This document shows, one piece after another, positions 13,501-26,364 of a DNA stretch of 64,000 nt (positions are counted from its first letter, which is position 1; each line of letters begins with the position of its first letter). Source of the DNA: the human T2T-CHM13v2.0 reference genome, Homo sapiens; the NCBI RefSeq assembly GCF_009914755.1, contig NC_060926.1. One strand, written 5' to 3'. Both the position numbers and the translations under genes were made by a program. The notes beneath the pieces are model-generated. The model made no database searches and was not told the DNA's origin. It saw nothing but the letters and a program-made list of their open reading frames with translations.

Positions 13501-16500
13501 GGGTTTTTTTTGTGTGCGTATATATATATTTTTTTAACTTCAAGTTCCAGGATACGTATGCAGATTGTGCAGGTTTGTTACATGGGTATACATGTGCCAT
13601 GGTGGTTTGCTGCACCCGTCAACCCAACCCATCATCTAGGTTTTAAGCCCCACATGCATTAGGTATTTGTCCTAATGTTATCCCTCCCCTTGCCCCCTGC
13701 GCCCCCAACAGGCCCCAGTGTGTGTTGTTCCCCTCTCTGTGTCCAGGTATTCTCATTGTTCAACTCCCACTTATGAATGAGAACATAGGGTGTTTGGTTT
13801 TCTGTTCCTGTGTTAGTTTACTGAGGGTGGTGGCCTCCAGCTTCTTAGTTATTTCTTGTCTTCTGTTAGCTGTTGAATTTGTTTGCTCTTGCTCCTTTAG
13901 TTCTTTTAATTGTGCCAGTTTGAGATCTTTCCAGCTTTCTGATGTGGGCATTTAGTGCTATAAATATCCCTCTTAACACTGCTTTAGCTGCGGCCCACAG
14001 ATTCTGGTACCTTGTCTATTTGTTTTCATTGGTTTCAAAGAACTTCCTGATTTCTGCCTTAATTTTGTTATTTACCCAGGAGTCATTCAGGAGCAGGGTG
14101 TTCAATTTCCAAGTAGTTGTGTGGTTTTGAGTTAGTTTCTTAATCCTGAGTTCTAATTTGATTGCACTGTGATCTGAGAGACTGTTTGCTATGATTTCGG
14201 TTCTTTAGCATTTGCTGAGGAGTGTTTTACTTCCAATTATGTGGTCAATTTTAGAATAAGTACCATGTGGCAATGAGAAGAATGTATATTCTGTTGATTT
14301 GGGGTGGAGAGTTCTATAGATGTCTATTAGGTCCACTTGCTCCAGAGCTGAGTTCAAGTTCTGAATATTCTTGTTGATTTTCTGTCTCATTGATCTGTCT
14401 AATATTGACAGTGGGGTGTTAAAGTCTTCCACTATTATTGTGTGGGAGTCTACATCTTTTTGTAGGTCTCTAAGAACTTGTTTTATGAATCTGGGTGCTC
14501 CTGTATTGGGTGCATATATATTTAGGATAGTTAGCTCTTCTTGTTGCGTTGTTCCCTTTACTATTATGTAATGCCATTCTTTGTCTTTTTTGTTTTTTTA
14601 ATCTTTGTTGGGTTAAAGCCTGTTTCATCAGAGACTAGATTCCAACCCCTGCTTTTTTTTGCTTTCTATTTGCTTTGTAAATTTTCCTCCATCCCTTTGT
14701 TTTAAGCCTATGTGTGTCTTTGCACATGAGATGGGTCTCCTGAATACAGCACACCGATGGGTTTTGACTCTTTATCCAATTTGCCAGTCTGTGTCTTTTA
14801 ATTGGGGCATTTAGCTCATTTATATTTGAGGTTAATATTGTTATGTGTGAATTTGAACCTGTCATCTTGATGTTAGCTGGTTATTTTGCACATTAGTTGA
14901 TGCAGTTTCTTCATAGTGTCACTGGTCTTTATATTTGGTGTATTTTTGCAGTGGCTGGTACCAGTTTTTCCTTTCCATATTTAGTGCTTCCTTCAGGAGC
15001 TCTTGCAATGCAAGCCTGGTGGTGAAAAATTCCCTCGGCATTTGCTTGTCTGTAAAGGATTTTATTTCTCCTTCACTTATGAACCTTAGTTTGGCTGGAT
15101 ATGAAATTCTGGATTGCAAATTATTTTCTTTAAGAATGTTGAATATGGGCCCCCACTTTCTTCTGGCTTGTAAGGTTTCTGCTGAGAAATCCACTGTTAG
15201 TCTGATGGGCTTCCCTTTGTAGGTGACCTGACCTTTCTCTCTGGCTGTCCTTAACATTTTTTCCTTCATTACAACATTGAAGAATCTGATGATTATGTGT
15301 CTTGGGGTTGATCTCATGGAGTATCTTAGTGGTGTTGTGTATTTCTTGAATTTGAATGTTGGCTTGTCTTGCTAGGTTGAGGAAGTTCTGGAGAATATCC
15401 TGAAGTGTGTTTTCCAACTTGGTTCCAGTCTCCCTGTCACTTTCAGGTACCCCAATCAATACACATAGTCCAATATTCCCATATCTTTTCACATAGTCTC
15501 ATATTTCTTGGAGGCTTTGTTCATCCATTTTCACTCTTTTTTCTCTAATCTTGTCTGCATGCCTTATTTCAGCAAGGTGGTCTTCAATCTCTAATATCCT
15601 TTCTTCTGTCTGATCGATTCGGCTATTGATACTTGTGTATGCTTCACAAAGTTCTCGTGATGTGTTTTTCAGCTCCATCAGGTCATTTATGTTCCTCTCT
15701 AAACTGGTTATTCTAGTTAGCAGTTCCTGTAACCTTTTATCAAGGTTCTTAACTTCCTTGCATTGGCTTAGAACATGCTCCTTTAGCTCAGAAGAGTTTA
15801 TTACCCACCTTCTGAAGCCTACTTCTGTCAATTCTTCAATCTCATTCTCTGTCCAGTTTTGCACTCTTGCTGGAGAGGTTTTGCAATCATTTGGAGGAGA
15901 AAAGGCATACTGGCTTTTGGAATTTTCAGTGTTTTGGGGCTGGTTTTTCCTCATCTTCATGGATTCACCTACCTTTGATCTTTGAGGCTGATGAGCTTTG
16001 GATGGAGTATTGTGGGGGGATCTTTTTTGTTGATGTTGTTGTCATTGCTTTTTGTTTGTTTTTCTTCTAACACTCAGATCCCTCTTCTGCAGGTCTACTG
16101 CAGTTTGCTGGAGGTCCACTCCAGACCCTGTTCACCTGAGTATCACCAATGGAGGCTACAGAACAGCAAAGATTGCTGCCTGCTTCTTCCTCTGGAAGCT
16201 TTGTCTCAGAGGGGCACCAGCCTGATGCCAGCTGGAGTTCTCCTGTATGAGGTGTCTGTCAACCCCTGTTGGGAGTTCTCTCCCAGTCAGGAGGCAAAAG
16301 TGTCAGGGACCCACTTGAGGAGGCAGTCTAGTCCCTTAGCAGAGCTGGTGTGCTGCGCTGGGAGAATCCCACTTGTCAGGATCCACTGTTGTCTTCAGAG
16401 CCAGCAGGCAGGAAAGATTAAGTCTGCTGAAGCTGCAACCACAGTCACTCGTCCCTGCAGGTGCTCTGTCCCAGGGAGATGAGAGTTTTATCTGTAATTC

Positions 16501-17291
16501 CCTGACTGGAGCTGCTACATTTCCTGTGGAGATGTCCTATGCAGTGAGGAGGAATCTAGAGAAGCAGTCTGGCCACAGCCGCTTTACTGCGCTGTGATGA
16601 ATTCCACCCAGTCCAAACCTCCCAGTCTCCTTAGCACTGTCAGAAGAAAACTTCCTACTAAAGCCTTAGTAATAGTGGATGCCCCTCCCCTTTCCAAGCT
16701 CAATCATCCTAGGTTGCCTCCAGACTGCTGTGCTGGCCGTGAGAATTTCAAGCCAGTGGTTCCTAGCTTTCTGGTCTCCTTGGGAGTGGGACCCACTGAG
16801 AGGGACTGCTTGGTTTCCTGGCTTCAGCCCCTTTCCAGGGCAGTTGATGGTTCTTCTGTCTTGCTGGAGTTCCTGGCACTGCTGGAGTATGAAGAAACTC
16901 CTGCAGCTAGCTCAGTACCTGCCCAAACAGCCACCCAGTTTTGTGCTTGAAACCCAGGGCCCTGCTGGTGTAGGCTCATAAGGGAGTCTCCTGATCTGCA
17001 AATTGCAAAAATCCATGGGAAAAGCATAGTACCCGAGGTGGGTAGCACAGTCCCTCACCACTTCCCTTGGCTGTGGGAGGGAGGTCCCCAGCTCCTTGCA
17101 CTTCCTGGGTGAAGCAGCACCCCACCCTGCTTCTGCTCACCCTCTGTGGGCTGCACCCACTGTCTAACCAGTCCCAATGAGATGAACCAGGTACCTCAGT
17201 TGGAAATGCGGAAATTACTCACCTTCTGTGTTGGTCTTGCTGGGAGCTGGAGACTGGAGCTGTTCCTATTCGACCATCTTGGCCCCTCCCC
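13501..17291 (-). mobile_element. 5'-intact L1PA (PA7/PA8-like) with large internal ORF2 deletion
   Basis: 5' end 'gggaggggccaagatgg' at 17291. ORF1 fragments (15499..15960; 14919..15317 'TPRHIIIRF...GQVTYKGKPIRLT'), ORF2 start 'MTGSNSHITILT' (14865), 3' UTR ~13530-13760. TSD tgttttttagtttt (13487-13500) / tgttgtttagtttt (17292-17305). Confidence 0.93.
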
Positions 17292-17305
17292 TGTTGTTTA
17301 GTTTT

Positions 17306-18170
17306 TAATGAACTTTCCATTTTAGAGTAGTTTTATATTTACAGAAAGGCTTTGAAGAGAGTACAGAGTTCCCACACACCTCACACCCAGTTTTTCCTGT
17401 AATTAGCATCTTATATTAGTATAGTACATTTTGCACAATTAATGAGTGAATACAGTTAGGTATTATTAACTAAAATGCACGCTGTATTCATATATCCTTG
17501 GTTTTCACTGCATGTCCTTTTTCTGTCCCAGGACCCCACATTACATTCTGTCATCATGTCTCCTTAGGTGCCACTTGGCTGCAACAGTTTTGCAGTCTTT
17601 CCTTGCTTTTAAGGACACTAAGAGTTGTAAGGAGTACTGATCAGCTATTTTGTTGAGCATCCACCGGAGGGATTTATCTGCCATTCTTCTCGTGATTAAA
17701 CTGGGCTTATAGGTTTTGCAGAGAAAGACCACAGAGGAAAAGTACCATTCTCATCATGTTATATCATGGGTATACACTATCAACTTTACTAACCACTGTT
17801 GGTGTTGACCTAGAACACCTGGATATGGCAGCTTCTGTCAGGTTTCCCCACTGTAAAGGTATCCTTTGCTCTCCTTTTCCATAGGATACTCTTTGGAATG
17901 AAGTCACAATGCATAACCCACAAGTACAAGGCTGGGAGTTACCTTCCACCTCTTTGAAGGTGGATTCTTCTGCATGGAAGAGCTGTCTATTGTCTCCCAT
18001 TTGTTTATTTATCAATTATTTGTTTATATCAGAATGGACACATAGATATTTAGCTTATACTTTGAGTCATAATTCAATACTCTCTTATTTAATTTTGTTC
18101 TCAGTTTTCTCCAGCTTTGTCCATTGGAGCTCTGTCAGTTAGCTCCTGTGTGTTTTGACATTTTCCCATC
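17306..18170 (-). mobile_element. L1MC-type 3' UTR
   Basis: 'tttacagaaaggctttgaagagagtacagagttcccacacacc' is typical of L1MC 3' ends; same family as 43110 onward. Confidence 0.75.
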
Positions 18171-21100
18171 ATTGTTGGGGTAATTCAACTATTGCTTTCA
18201 TTAAGCTTCTGTCTATAGTGAAGTCATTGTGTCCCAACATTAGGTAACAAGAGCATATGCTTCTTCCCAAACTGCGAGAGTTTAAACTTTTCCTACAAGC
18301 AGCGATAGCATCAGACTTCACAGCTGTGAGTCATCCAGCAGCAGGTGAATGCAGAGAGCACCATAATTTCTTTAGTGGTATTAAAGATCAGCTGTCAGAA
18401 GTGAATCTACCCCCCAAAATCAGGCTGGATGTGCAGACCACAGCAAGAATGTCCTATGCCCAGGGACACCTGCACAGCAGAGGAGCATTTGCAACATGAC
18501 GCATTTGCTGCTGGAACCTCTATTGAGGCAACTGTCTCAGCCACGGCCTCGGAGGATGAAATGAGCCAACTGGTTCACAGAGACAATTATAGACCACTGG
18601 ATTTCTGGAAATGCAGCAATTCTCACTGCCTCAGCTGGACAGAGGAAGTGCATGTGAAGCAAATTTGCAAATCCCACCCCATCCCTGCAGGACCACAAAT
18701 GTTTCCCCATACACTGAGTACAAGCAGTGTTTTAGGTAGGGTCAGGAGCTTTCTCTCAGCCTCTGCAGATGGGGAGAGGGTGAGCAGGAATGAGAGACTC
18801 GGAGTCTTAAGTTGAGAGAGTGATTTTGAGATTGCTCTGGGGAAAAAGGAAATTTCCCTAGGTCTTCCAACACTTTTGAAGGCATCTCATTCACTCGGTT
18901 AATCTTCGGCACAATATTCACTGACCATCACTTCATGCCAGGCAGGTATGAGAGTGCAGAGAGCCCAGCCTGCGAGGAGGGCTGCCACAGTGCCCTCCAG
19001 AGAGGGCAGTGCTGTGCTTAAAAATGAACAGACGGACTGCTGTGGAAAGCAGCATGCAGTTCCTCAAAAAGTTAAAAATAGAACTATCATATGATCTAGC
19101 AATCCTATTTCTGGTATATTCCCAAAATAATAGAAAGCAAGGTGAGGCCTCGGGAAACCCCAGGGTGCACCCAGCCTGGCCTGGGCCTGAGATTTTCAAA
19201 AGAAAGAGTAAGAGTCCATCTAGTTTTGGTCCCATTCAGAGCAACTCCACCAAACCAGGGAGAGATCAGCAGTACATTACACAGTGACCATGCTCCGAAA
19301 CATAGCATTCCTCACAACTGACCCAGGAGCTGTAACCCAGCCTGAGAGCTCAGGCGGCCGTCCCCTCAGGGACCCACACCCCCACCCAGCTCTCTCCTGT
19401 GGACATCCCCTGGCTTACCAGCAAGCAGATGGGTCGCAGTAGTACAAAAATTCACAGGGAAAAGTGAGTGTTATGAGACACAAATGATATAAGTGTGAAA
19501 ATACTTTGAAAAAGATCCAACACTCCTAATCATGTAAACCATCTTGTGTCATAACCATTTTATTAATATTTATGTCAGTTGTCATGCAATTTGTCAAACT
19601 CCTCTCTGCTGATTTTTTCCCATTGATTTGTACTGGGGCTGGGATGAAGAAATGAAGTAAAATGTGTAAGAATCCCAGAACTAGAAGCTTGCACTTGACA
19701 GCCACCCCAAACCAGATGATGCTGTGAAAAATGGCTACTGTGCATTAGCAGTCAGCCCCAATTCCTGGGGAGTAACTTATGGAAAAATAAGTGCTGGAAT
19801 GGAGTATGCAGTAAAGTCTCCTGAAATGAGATAATTCATGCAAACTACTCAGAACAGTGCTTGGCACATAGTAAGTGCCCAATAAATGTTCACTATTATT
19901 GTTGTAAATATTAAAGTCATTTTTATACTCCGGAGGGATCCTCTATTTCCTTATATGACACTGAGCATTCCTCTGGAGAACAGTAAGTAACACTTTGCTG
20001 TGGGTTAGATTTGCTGTCTTCTGCTTTTTTCAGCTGGCATGACTTTTGGCGTTAGGCCAGATCTGGATTCTAACCCCAGCTCCCTGGCTCACAAGCCCTG
20101 CCACCCTGCGGGAGTCACTTCACACCAATGAGCATTCACTCCTGGTTTGTGAAAGGGTAGTAAATGCAGCCGGCCCCTTCTCCAGAGCTGAGGCTGCAGT
20201 CCACCAACTGCTTCCTCTGCACGTCCACTGCGTTCTCCTCTCTGCCAACGCATCCCCTCAGCTTACCCCTTGTTGCTGCTTCCTGGGATTTCCAGCCCAT
20301 CTAGGTTCTCAGCTCACCCCCACCAGCTCTTCCTGACCATTACTCCTGAGACAGTTTCTCCTTCCACCTCTCCACATGTGTCAGAGATTCCTGCTGAGCC
20401 TTTGGGTGGGCGCCCTTGGATCATGACTCCCCTGGGTACCAGCGGGACTTGGCTGGGTGCAGGGGTGGCATTTGGCGAGGAACACAGCCATCCAGGGCTG
20501 AAGGGCTGTGGCCACAAGGCAGACAGCTACATCTAGCTCACTCTTCACTCATCACAGCCGCGTCACTTCTGTTTCCTCTGTCATTGGTGCCCTTCCCTGA
20601 CTTTCTGCCTTGGAAACTCCTACTTTTCCCTCAAAGCCCAGCTCTGCTGTGCCTTTCTCTCTGAAATCTCCCCTGAATTCCCCTCCATGCCTGGCTGAGT
20701 GGATGCACCACCCTCTGTCATTCTAGAATTCCTCCCACAGGACCCGTGAACTTGTGTTCCCCAGGGCACTGTGTGCCCTGTCACAGAGGGGACCACATAT
20801 ATGTCTGTCGTGTAATACGTGATTCCTATCACTCACTGGCTCCAGGCTACCCTGCAGCGGTTCCAGTCTTGCTCCACATCAGCACTCCCGAGGGGCCGGG
20901 AGGCTTTAGGAGAGAAGATATGAACTCCAGATTTGGCTGGGTGAGGAAACCCCATGTGTGTGAACAGGAAGGAAATAGCATGAGAGTGCTGAGAACACAG
21001 CGGGAGAGAGAAACCCAAGAGAAGAAGGAATGCTGAATACTAAACTAACAGCTCTCCAGCTAAGAGTTAGTGAATGCAGGCTACAAATCAGGCAGCATGC

Positions 21101-21735
21101 CAGGTACATGAAATTTTTTTAATTGCTTTGTTCTGGAGATATACAAAATATGAAATAGGCCATTTCCTCAAAGGCTCATATAGTCTAATATATGAAGCCC
21201 AAAAAAGAGTGTTGGCAAGAACATGGGCAATGGCCTAATGGACTGGGGTGGACTACCCTGGGGGCCCAGGTCCTAGCACACAGAGGTCTCTAACCTGCGG
21301 CACGCATTGGGCCTCACTCCCTGCAGCCTTCTGTTTCTCTTCTGACACACTGGGAGGAGACACTGAGTTCCCTGTCATCATCAAGCTTTGCCCAGCTCCT
21401 TGAATGATTAGGATAGAACTGGACAGAGAGGTGGGCGTCTGTGCCTCTCTCTTTAGTGCTGTGAGGATCTTCTTGATCTGGCCCTTGCTGAGGCGGCGAG
21501 CAGTGTTCTCAGATGCAAGTGTGACAGTGCACCCGAGAGCATGCCTGGAGCTTTCCCGGGGCACTGCCCACCCCAACCCAACAGGGGCCACAGGTCACCC
21601 AGTGAGAAGCCTGAGGACAAACACAAGGTCATTTCCCCTCCTTTGTTGATTATGGTCCCCAACAATTATTATGGGATGTGGATTACTGTGGTGATAAACT
21701 GGACACATGGAAACTGAGTTTAAAAATCACTGTAA

Positions 21736-22069
21736 GTTGACAAGTGGGACCCAGTTAAACTGAAGAGCTTCTGCACAGCTAGAGAAACTATCAGCAGAAT
21801 AAACAGACAACACACAGAATGGAAGAAAACATTCACAAACTCTGCATCTGACAAAGGCCTAGTGTCTGGAATCTGTAAGGAACTTAGATAAATCAACAAG
21901 AAAAAAAAACCCTTTAAAAAGTGGGCAAAAGGACATGAACAGACACTTCTGAAGACATACAAGTGGCCAAGAAGTGTGAAAAAATGCTCAGCATCACCAA
22001 TCACCAGATAAATGCAAATCAAAACTGCAGTGACATACCATCTCAAACCAGTCAGGATGGCTTTCGTTA

Positions 22070-22100
<31 letters not shown>

Positions 22101-22780
22101 GTCGGTAAGGTTGAGAAGAAGGAGGAAAGCTTATACACTTTTTATACACTGTTGATAGGTGTGTAAATTAGTTTAGCCACTGTGAAGAGCAATTTGGAGA
22201 TCTCTCAAAAAACTAAAAGTTGAACTACCGTTCAGCCCAGCAATCCCATTACTGGGTATGTGCCCAAAGGAAAATAAATTGTTCTACTGAAAAGACTCAT
22301 GCACCTGTATGTTCACCACAACACTATTCACAATAGCAAAAACATAAAATCAACCTAGGTGCCCATCAGTGGTGGACTGTATAAAGAAAATGTGGTCCAT
22401 ATACATCATGGAATGCTATGCAGCCATAAAAAGAACAAAATCATGTCCTTTGCAACAACATGGATGCAGCTAGAGGCCATTATCCTAAGCCAACTAGTGC
22501 AGGACCAGAAAGCCAAGTACCACGTGTTCTCATTTATAAGTGTGAGCTAAACATTGAGTACATATAGACACAAAGAAGGGAACAACAGACACTGGGGAAT
22601 ACAAGGGGAGGGAGGAGAGGGGGGCAAGTGTTGAAAAACTACCTATTGGGTACTGTGCTCACTTCCTGAGTGATGGGCTTAATCGTACCTGAAACTCCAG
22701 CATCACACAATATACCTTTGCAACAAACCTGCATATGTACCCCTGGAATCTAGAATAAAAACTGAAAAAGAAAAAAACAA
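21736..22780 (+). mobile_element. 5'-truncated L1PA16/L1PB-type 3' end
   Basis: ORF2 C-terminus 'IMSFATTWMQLEAIILS', 3' UTR, AATAAA and A tail. Confidence 0.88.
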
Positions 22781-23449
22781 AACTCTTTTAAAAATGGCAG
22801 TGTAAAAAGTGCCATGCTATCAGGATGCATAGATGATGGTAGAGTGATCAAGCCTTGCCTCTCTAACCTAGACTTAGCTGGCACATTAGTCACACCCATT
22901 AAGCATCATGAACCAACAATGCCTGGGGAGAGTTGATAAGCCAGATCTGTCTCTGGCTTTCATGGCCATGACCTCTGGGATGGCTCCCGTTGTCGCTAAT
23001 AGTAAAGGGCATAGGAAGGCAACCCTGGGGTAGAGGATGCACAAGGAGCTGAGGAAGCACCAAGTAGGGACCACCCAGCCAAGCAGAAGAAAAGAGTGGA
23101 GAATCATACCTCGGAGACAGGACCTGGGCTGAGTCTAGAAGAAGGATTGATGAATAATCCAGATATATCAACAGTCACAAGATGTTCTAGGATGACTGCA
23201 GGGCCCATGTGAAGACATTGCAACAGGATGGGGATCTGCAAGAGCTTTTGCATGGACATTGTTTGTGGGGGTTTGGGGGCGATGAGGAGTGAAGGTAAAA
23301 GAAAATAATCTAGTGATGGAGACATGAGCTGGATCTTAGAGGGCCTCCCAGGCTATACCCAGAAATTTGAATTCTTCTGAGGCATTAGAGGATCACTGGG
23401 AATGTTAAATACAATAAGTAACAATAATCAGTTTACCTTTGGCATAGAC

Positions 23450-24044
23450 GACTATTTTGGATTCTTCTGCTGAAAGCTATAGAAAATCCTGATTCATTTG
23501 GTTTAAGTATAAAGACAATATTGTCTCGCCTAACAAGAAGTCTGAAGTTAGTAGCTGGTTAACTCAACAGCTCAAAAATATCATCAGAAACCCAAGATTT
23601 TTTTATCCTACTCCAATTCATAGATCGACATTAGTTTTATCTTTTTACCCTTCATGCTGGATTGTTCTTGTGAGATAATTCCTCTTGATTGCAAGATGGC
23701 TGCAACAGTTCCAAACTTTCATCCAACATCCCATGCTGATTATCCCTCAGTTCTTTTTATTAGAGGGAAGAAAACCTTCCCAGGCACACTGCACCACCAC
23801 CCCCAACACAGCACACTACCCCTGTGTCTCCCGGCCAGATTTGCAGCCTACTCTCCTGCTTAAATGAATTACTGGAAAAAAGCCTGAGGTCACTGGGCTG
23901 ATTTATACCAATCCAGATGAGCTCTCTGAGGCTGGACAGCTCAGGGCTCACAGAAGAGAATGGATACCTTAAAAAGTGGAATTATGTTGAAAAAGAGGAA
24001 GGGATGGGGTGAATTTTGAGAAGACAGCTAGTTGGGTCTGCCAT
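23450..24044 (-). mobile_element. Old MaLR LTR (MLT1K/L-like)
   Basis: 'aactcaacagctcaaaaatatcatcagaaacccaag', 'gcaagatggctgcaacagttcca', ending 'gtctgccata'. Confidence 0.55.
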
Positions 24045-26364
24045 AATCACTCAGAGTGCAGGTGAAGACCCAAAGTAGGAAATCCTTGCTCATGTTAAAG
24101 GGCCTCATGTGTGGTGATGAGTGAAGAAAAGGCAAATTAGGGTGACTTTAGGGATAAAATAAAAGCGACTTTGTGGGAGGATTGTGAAGACCTCCCACCA
24201 AGCAGCAGTGCCTCCCCTGGATCTGCTTCCGCATCACCAGCCACCAGCCCCATGTATTTCCAGAAAACTCAGGAAGATAGAAACCTGGCCAGAAGCTGCA
24301 TCAGCATGAAACCCATGGTGGCAGCCTGGGGCTGGAAGCTACTGCAAAGGGTGAAAGGTGCTCAGCCTGGATGGTGCTAAATTGCTGTTTGTCTGATTTT
24401 GCACTTTGACAATAAGGATCTTGGAGGAATCACAGCTAAATGACTTCCAGAATAGAGTGCATACAGCTTCAAAATCTGAGTGCGTTCGTAATGACTGCAT
24501 GCCCTGCGAATTCAGGCAAACACTGTTTACATACACATGGGAAAGACAGAGTTTTCACTGCATGCAATTTACATTAATGAATATAATTTTACTAATACAG
24601 TCAAACTCTAACATTTACAAGTGCAAATAGCTTAACCAAGGTCAGGTGCATCTACCTCCCAGCTGTTTGAATAAAGCAATATTTGGAACCTCCAACTCTC
24701 ACATAAACCTAAATATTTTTAAAAATACCTTTTCTGCAATTTTTTTCAGTTTCAACTGTATTCAGTTACAAGTGTAAATATGGCTGACCTTCCTCGTGTC
24801 AGGCAGCATGGACTTTCTTTATTGGAACTGTGAGAACCTTGAATCCAGAGGAGGTTATCGAGTGTGCTGGAGAGGTCAGAATTCTAGGCAGCATCAGGGA
24901 AACCCAGAGTCAGGGTTAAGGGACACCGTCAGCTTGGAAAGGAAATGAGCCCACGAGGCTCCTGATGTCTGGTATAATATGGTGACATGAAGACTGAAAT
25001 CAGTCCACACAAGTTAAAACAACAGAAGCTGAGACATTTCTAGCATAATTCTCTTCACCTTTGCTTTCACTGCAGAACATACATAGCCCCTGGTTCTAAC
25101 AGGGACACTTTTACTTCAAAAATGCCGTTTTGCTTGTGGATCCAAGCAAGAGATGAGCAATGACACACATATGCCCTCACCCGGGGTGGACGCGCATCCC
25201 ACCACCATCTGTGGAGCCCTCCTCAAGACACCAGCTGCAGCCCTGCTAGACAGCTATAATTAGCTCCTCTCCACCCTGGGCAATAACATTTTGTCAGGAC
25301 AATGTGTTTCTCCAAAATTTCATCTCATTTCTTCAGCCGTGCTCAGATACAGTCGTTAAATACTCAGTTTGCTTTCAGTGAAAGCAATGGCTTATTTTTG
25401 ATGTTAGTACTTGCTATGAAATGGATAACACCCATTAGGAATAAATGCTTGTTTTTATAACACACCATCAAGAATGAGAACATTTGAGCCCTGGACAATA
25501 AAGGAAAAGGGAGGCTAAATTCACTCTTATCAAGTACATTTCTGGATAAAAGCACAAGACAGATTCTGGGTCAGGGTTGGAGGTTGGGACACCTCCTCAA
25601 CTCTAGAAAAATACACCCAGTGGCCCCTACATCTTAGAGCCAAGGGTGCACTGCAGAAAGGCGGGGTGCAGGGATGCCATTCAGACATGGGGTACAGATT
25701 ATCTGCTTCTCTTATTCTTCAGGTGTAGAGTTCTGTTGGGAAATATGACCCCCCTCCCCAAGCATGGGAACTGGTGGCAAGAAAGTGATGATTACCCATC
25801 ACCCTGGGTCCTCTGCAAAGACTGGAATCCCTTTGTTATTCCTGGTCATGATTCCATTCAGCCTCTTCTACAAGCTCCACACCCTCAGGCAGGCACATCG
25901 CATCACCCGCTTCAGCACAGACAACAGCCAGGCCCCAGCTGTGAGCTTTCGCTGTTCCCGCCAGATGCACATCTGTGTCTCTGTGAGAAAGCTGAGCCTC
26001 CTGTGCAAGTCTCACCTGTGGCCTAGACATATCCCTCTCCATCTGCTCCATATATTGCCCTGATTTCCTCTGCTTCTTCATGTACTGCCTTCGGTGCCTC
26101 CCATCCTGTCTATAAACGCACTCAACTCTCCCCGTCATAAAAAGAGAAATTTCCCTTTACTTTGGGTTCCTTCCAATTGCACTCCTGTTTCATCCCTCGT
26201 TAAATCCACATTATTCATTTCTTTTCTCATTCAATAAATAATTACTGAGCACCTACTATGTGTTAGACATTTTTCTGGATTTTGGGAATACAGAGAGAAA
26301 CACCTGCCCTATGGAACTTACATTCTAGAGAGGAGACAGACACCACACCACCCACTCTCAACTA

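Noticed and set aside
14205-15960. L1 ORF1/ORF2 peptides as functional CDS
   Set aside because: Fragmented by frameshifts and stops, and the RT is deleted; recorded as a mobile element
18257-18815. Unique-looking sequence with 80-aa and 128-aa ORFs
   Set aside because: No recognisable protein family, no convincing paired splice sites, and no polyA/TSD to indicate a retrocopy
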